Assembly (NCBI GenBank): GCA_950097015.1
Contig: CATNEN010000014.1
Coordinates: 1,550,001 to 1,614,000, forward strand
DNA from: Macrostomum hystrix
Taxonomy: Eukaryota > Animalia > Platyhelminthes
Reading direction: 5' to 3'
DNA: 64,000 bases
Below the pieces are notes generated by a model. It was not told the DNA's origin, searched no databases, and worked only from the letters and a program-made list of their open reading frames with translations. The position numbers were made by a program, and so were the translations under genes. Shown one piece after another: positions 58,620-64,000 of the stretch. Each line of letters opens with the position of its first letter. Position 1 is the stretch's first letter.

Positions 58620-61600
58620 TTCTTCACCTTTTGTCGCCTTACGGCGTGGTCACTCGGGGACAACGAGTTAGTGGCAAGTCTTCTGGTGCCGGGCCATGTT
58701 GGTGGCCGACAACATCCTCCCACAGTTCACGCAGGCTTTCTGTTTCGCTCGATACTTTCTGGCGGGCTGAGTTGTCTGAAGGCTTGTGTTCGCGGCCTTG
58801 TCTCCGCAAGCCCTCTTATGCCTCGCTCGGTTTGTTTTCGAGACGGTTCTGCCGCACTCATTGTATCTGTAGCTGCTCGCGTTAATCTCTTCCTCACCTG
58901 TGCATACCTTCATGTGGTTCTTCAGCGTTGCTTCTTGACGGAAATTCTTCTTACATCTGTTGCATGTGAACACTACCGGATCCTCTACTCTGCGGTGGAG
59001 GCGTTTCTGGTGGATCGTGAGGCCTGCCTTATTCTTGCATATTTTGCCGCAATCCTCGTATTCGCAGCGAAACTCAGTCTTGTCCGGTTCAGTCACGGTC
59101 TGGTTGCGCTGTGCTAGTGTTGCGTTCTCAGGTCCTTGTTTCGGTGCCTTCTTGCCTTGTTGGCTCTCCCATCGTGCTAGATGGTCTCTTCTCGCGTTCA
59201 CCCAGGCTCTCCATGTGTCTCTTTTAATCGCTCTTCTTTCGACATCCTGTCTCTCCACGCCGCCTTCTCGAAGCAGTTTGTGCCAGTAAGATCTGGTGTT
59301 GTTCTTCTTTGTTCTTCTTTTCGGGATCTCTTCGAGTCTCGTGAGCCATCCGAGAACCGCTCTCTTTGTTTGACGCTCATCTGGCATACGGATGACGTGT
59401 CCGATTCTTCGTAGATGTGCTATCTCCACCTTCAGTCGGATCGAATTTATCCCCAGTTCATTTCGTACATCTTGCATGTTGACGCCTTTCTGTTGCATTT
59501 CCCGCAGTGGTTCTGTGGTCCGGGAGCACCAAATGTGACGATACGCTTTGTCGATGAACTTCTGCAGAGTGCGTATCTCTGTGTTCATAAAAGGACGCGT
59601 GGACGCGTTGAACAAGAGTATGCTCTCTACGCATGTCTCGACAATTTTTGCTTGTGTTGTTTTCTTCATTTCGCTTTTGAAAAGTCTTTTCCTGACGGTA
59701 GCCCAGCCTTTGGCCGCTTTTTGGATCCTCTGGTTTATGTCGAACTTGCGATCCAGCCATGATCCTAGCATCCGGACTTCGCCTCCGTCCTTCGTTCCGA
59801 ACGTGAGGATTTCTTGTTTGTCATCGTTGGTTTTTTCCTCGTATTTTTCCATGATTTTTTTTGTGCTTACAAGTGCTGTTTCCAGCTCTATTCGGTTTCC
59901 CAGTAGTGTGGTGTCGTCCGCGAAGAGCGAGCACGTGAACTGGTGAGTCTTTGTTTCCGAGTTGTATTGTGCGGTGCGTTGAGGTGGGAGGGAGTGGCCC
60001 GGTAGCCAAGTCCAGCCGATGCCTACCTCGCAGTCTCCCGCTGTAGTGTTTTGACGCTCTTTTTCGCACTCTCGAATGCATGCTTGGTGGTAAATGTTGA
60101 ATAGCGTTGGCGATGTCGGGAAGCCTTCGCGGAGTCCCCGTTCAGGGAACCAGGGCTCGCTGTTGTCTTTCCCGATTCGGACCTTGTAATTCGTATGCTC
60201 GTGGAGATCTTGTAGTTTCTCTATAATTTCGGGTGGCATCCCGTATTTCTGGAGGATCCCCCAGAGCAAGGGTTTGCACACCCTCGGATATGCTTTGCGG
60301 AGGTCGAGTAGGTACGCTGCTAGTTCGATTTCAAGATTTTGGTTGCCGTGTTCTCTCTTTGCGCTGATGTGCTCGTTAATGTCTTCGTGGATCCGCACAA
60401 AAATCTGTGTGCTGTCTGCAGTTGAGCGGTCCGCACGGAAGCCACATTGGTTGTCGTCGAGTATTTGCAGGTGTTCTGCCCAGATTCGAATGCGTGTTGC
60501 TAGGATTCGTGCCAGAATACGGCTGATCATAGGGAGCAAGCAGACGCCGCGATAATTGTTTAGGTTTGCGCGATCTCCTTTTTTGAAAAGGGGGATGATC
60601 ACCCCAATTTTCTCATCTTCCTCCCATTTCCACGCACGGTTTTGGAATAGGAACTGTATCCTTTCTTTGAGTGTGTTTTTTACTTCTTCCGGTGCTGTTT
60701 TGAGATATCTCAATCTCACACCGTCTTCACCAGGGCTCTTGTCTTTCATATTTTGGATAGCCCGGGTTATTTCCTCGAACGATGGTGTTTCCCGAAGCTT
60801 TTCGGCTTGTTCTCGGGTGGTTTTGGTTCCACACTTCGGTTCCGGGATGTCCTCAATCACCTTTTGGATCTCCTCCGGCGGGTGTTCGAGTCGGTTCTTT
60901 TGCACTTCGGCTAGGTGTTCTTGAAACTCGTTAGCGCTGAAACCTTGCTCGGCCTTGCTTTCATTGTACCTTCCGCGCTTTTCAAGGAATCTCAGTTTTT
61001 CATAGACTACACCAATTTGACCCTTCTCGGCGGCGTCTCGGCATTTGATAATTTCCTCCCACCATTCCTCTTGCCATTCTGTGATTCTTTTTTTGTGTGT
61101 TTTTCTGTGTTCTTTTATTGCCTCCTCTGCTCTCTGCAATGCCCTTCTCTATTCTTCACGCACACCTCGTAATTGGTTTCTCAACTGGAGTAGTCTCGCA
61201 AGCTCGAAGTTCAGAGCCTTGCATTCTTCTTCGTGTCCATTCATCCACGGGTTGGTCTGGCGTGTTTGGTTTCCACAGATTCGTTGGACGCTTTCCATGA
61301 TAATGGTTTTTGTTTCCTTCCACGTTGATGTACGCCTCTGACGGGTTCGTGTCGATGCTTCTTCGTACCTTCTGGACATTTCTTCACGGACGCAGGCCCG
61401 TGTGTCTTCGTTCCGTAGGGCTTGCCAATTGATGTTTTTCACTCTCTCGTTCCGATTTTCTCGTTGCCTCTTGCGGTTCACCATTCCGTCGAGGCTTATG
61501 ATGGTCATGACCGGGCTGTGGTCCGACAGGGGGGTTCTCTCGTGTCGTTTAATGCTTCTAATGAGGCTATGGCGGTCGCCGGCTCGGGTGATGAACCCGT

Positions 61601-62643
61601 CGAGTTCGTACCAACGACCCGATTTCGGGTTCTGCCACGTGCCTCTCCTTTTGCTTTGGGCAAACGAATTCACCCAGGCTAGCTCATTTACAATGATCCA
61701 GTTGAGTAAGTCTAGTCCCTGTTTGTTGGAGTTTGGTAGTCCGAACTTTCCGCAGTTCGGTGAGCAATCAGTTGGTTGTCTGCCGATTTGTGCGTTAAAG
61801 TCGCCTCCAATGAGGATTCGCTTGCGCTTTCCATCTGTGTGAAGTTGTCTTTCGATCTCATTTTGGACATTCGCGATCTCTGCTTCATAATTAGGGCTTC
61901 CCATCACGGGATAGTAGACGCTTATCAAAGAGATTTCTTTGAATTCCATTATGGTGACTCTGTCGAAAAACTTGGCTATTTGTCCTTCTTCCGTCCACTT
62001 TTTGTACATTTCTTCGTTAAGTGCAATACCGGTGCGTTTGCCATGTATTAGGTGTACTGACTTTCCTTTATGTTGATATGTCCTTCTGCCTGGGTTTTGT
62101 TCCTTCTGTTCGGTCAGTAGAGCTATTTCACATTTCTCTTCTACCAGGATTTTGATAATTTCGCCGAAGCGGTGGTTCAGAATGTTGGCCCGCTGTACGT
62201 TCCACGTGTGTATACGGATGTCTTTTTTGTCTGGGGCCTTTTTTTGGCTTTTTCCGCTTTTTCTTCTACGTCTTCTTTCCTTCCTGCGGTCGTTCCGACG
62301 TTTATTCAGGTTTGTCGTCTTCTTTCTCCTGGGTCCTGGATTCTTTTCAATCGTGAGCAGCTTAGATGTTACTTCCGCTTCACTCCTGCGTAACTCCTCA
62401 CTCTTCTGCGCCTCATCCTTCTCCGTCCACTCTTCGTTCTCCCACGAGGGTGGGTTAGCCTGATTTTTTCCGATCCGGAGGTCGGCTACTGCTCCGAATC
62501 GTTGATGAAAAGGGCTGGTGGCGATGTGCCGTTGGACGCGGACACTCCGCTCCTGTGCGCCTTTCCCTGTGTTCTGTTTGCCAGACGTTTTTCCATTCGT
62601 CTGTCCGCTTTTCGCCGCGAGAAGGCCGAACATCTTGAAAAGC
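58620..62643 (-). mobile_element. Near full-length RTE-like LINE: APE endonuclease, RT and C2H2 fingers; one in-frame TAG at 61149-61151
   Basis: TWNVQ, GDFNAQIG, SDHSPV; NYRGVCLL, QCGFR, LFADDT; several C2H2-like motifs; 16-bp TSD AGTCTCTGGCATCTTC at 58604-58619 and 62644-62659. Confidence 0.96.
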
Positions 62644-62659
62644 AGTCTCTGGCATCTTC

Positions 62660-64000
62660 ATGTTCTTCGTGATCATCGTCTTCTTCGTCTGAGGACTCAA
62701 TTTCTCTAGTCAGAGAAGTCTGACAGCTCTGATGCACGAGGCTTGGGCTGCATTGAGACTGATGTTCTGACATTCCTCTTGAAATAACTGACTGGTTTCG
62801 GTTCACTGTAATGGCAGGAGGTTCAGCCTCTACCTGTAGTTCTTCCTTCTGAACTTTTTCTTCGTTGGACCTTTCCGGCGGTCGTCTGGATAGGCTATCT
62901 GCATTTCCATGCTTCGCTCCACTTCTATGCTCAATATCATATTGGAACTCGCTCAATCTCTCAATCCATCTTCCTAGGATTCCTTGCGCCTCGGTCTGTC
63001 TCAGCAACCATAAGATTGCCTTATGATCTGTGCGAGCCAGGAACCGTTTGCCTATCAGGTAGAACCTAAAATGCTTCATCCCGTCTACTAGTGCAAGTAA
63101 TTCCTTCCTTGTAATCGGATATCTCTTTTCAGACTCCTTCATTGCCCTGCTAAAATATGCTATGGGCCTTTCAACTCCATCAGATTGAATCTGACCTAGG
63201 CAGGCGCCGATTCTTCCATCGCTAGCATCTGCATCAAGCACCATTCTTACATTTTCATCATCCGTGAACTCAGGATATGCCAGTACTTCAGTGGAAGTCA
63301 TCTTCCTTTTGAGTAGCTCAAAAGCTTCATCATGTTTTTTAGTCCACTTCTCCTTAAAGTTCTGGATTCCTTTCTTGGTTAACTGGAATAGCGGATGCGC
63401 TGCTTCGGCATAGTTCTGGACGAATCTACAATAGTAGTTACATAGTCCGAGGAAGCTTCTTAACTACTTGACATCCTGTGGTGTTGGCCAAGTCTGGATT
63501 ACCTCTATTTTGGCAGGATCTGTACTTATTCCTTCTATTCCAACAACATGACCTAGATATTTCAATTCCTTTTGAAACAGATTACACTTCTTAGGTCTCA
63601 GCTTCAGTCCAGCAGTTGATAGTCTTTGAAACACTTCTCGTAGGTGGCTCATATGATCTTCAAATTCCTTTGAATACGTAACAATGCCATCAATGTAGGA
63701 CATAGCGTACTTGTGCTGGATACCCATTAACACTAGGTTCATCAGTCTCTGGAATGTTCCTGGGGCATTTGATAAGCCCTGAGCCATCACTTGATATTCA
63801 AACTGTCCTCGAGTCAAGGTGGAGAACGCCGTCATGAACTTATGCTCCTCCTTGATGGGTACCTGCCAGTAACCGGAATTCAAGTCTAGGCTACTGAAGT
63901 AGTTGCTTCCAGTCAGATGCGAGAAAGTCTCTTGTATATTCGGCAATGGGTATGGATAATAGTTGACACGAGAATTCAACACTCGAAAGTCACTAACAAT
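62660..64000 (-). pseudogene. pol: Gypsy reverse transcriptase and RNase H
   Basis: LDLNSGYWQV; GLSNAPGTFQR; YIDG (mutated YxDD); in-frame TAG at 63464; DASD...IAYFSR...ELLA...TDH. Confidence 0.95.

Larger units (their letters stand above)
39880..64000 (-). mobile_element. Gypsy LTR retrotransposon (5' part outside the window); 3' LTR 39880-55757 (about 835 bp net) split by Maverick B; pol split by a LINE
   Basis: RT-RNaseH-INT order; PPT at about 55758-55770 next to the LTR start TGTAACA; TATAAATAG near 55545; LTR end ...GTACA at 39880 (end position inferred). Confidence 0.85.

Noticed and set aside
58631-62709. Many plus-strand ORFs overlapping LINE and Gypsy genes (also at 11031-12555, 17547-18277, 23670-25616)
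   Set aside because: Antisense or alternate-frame shadows of real coding sequence, with no independent motifs

Overview
Eukaryotic, invertebrate-like DNA made almost entirely of nested mobile elements and minisatellites, with one apparent host gene. Short GT-AG introns and the TE content suggest an invertebrate such as a free-living flatworm (inference only). Main content: (1) A complete 15,037-bp Maverick/Polinton, element B (40311-55347), with AGTAGT ends, long TIRs and a 6-bp TSD CTCACT. It encodes pPolB (broken), an adenain-like protease, A32 ATPase, major and minor capsid, core proteins, a fiber-like protein and a PLA2-integrase fusion, and sits inside the 3' LTR of a Gypsy element. (2) That Gypsy's pol is split by a near full-length RTE-like LINE. 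(3) A second, decayed and rearranged Maverick of a different pPolB type (element A, about 690-12800). (4) An orphan signal-peptide/Ig-domain gene (25586-22755, minus) whose last exon has a paralogous copy at the window start. (5) hAT, Tc1/IS630, BEL/Pao, Mag-like Gypsy, solo LTR, Helitron-end and SINE fragments, plus many tandem arrays. The most unusual signal is a 23-28-bp motif, ATCATCATAGATGTCTCTTCGAGAATGA, seen 7 times in both orientations and several reading frames only inside Maverick B, including as an inverted pair around a divergent promoter. All analysis was by eye; no database searches were run.
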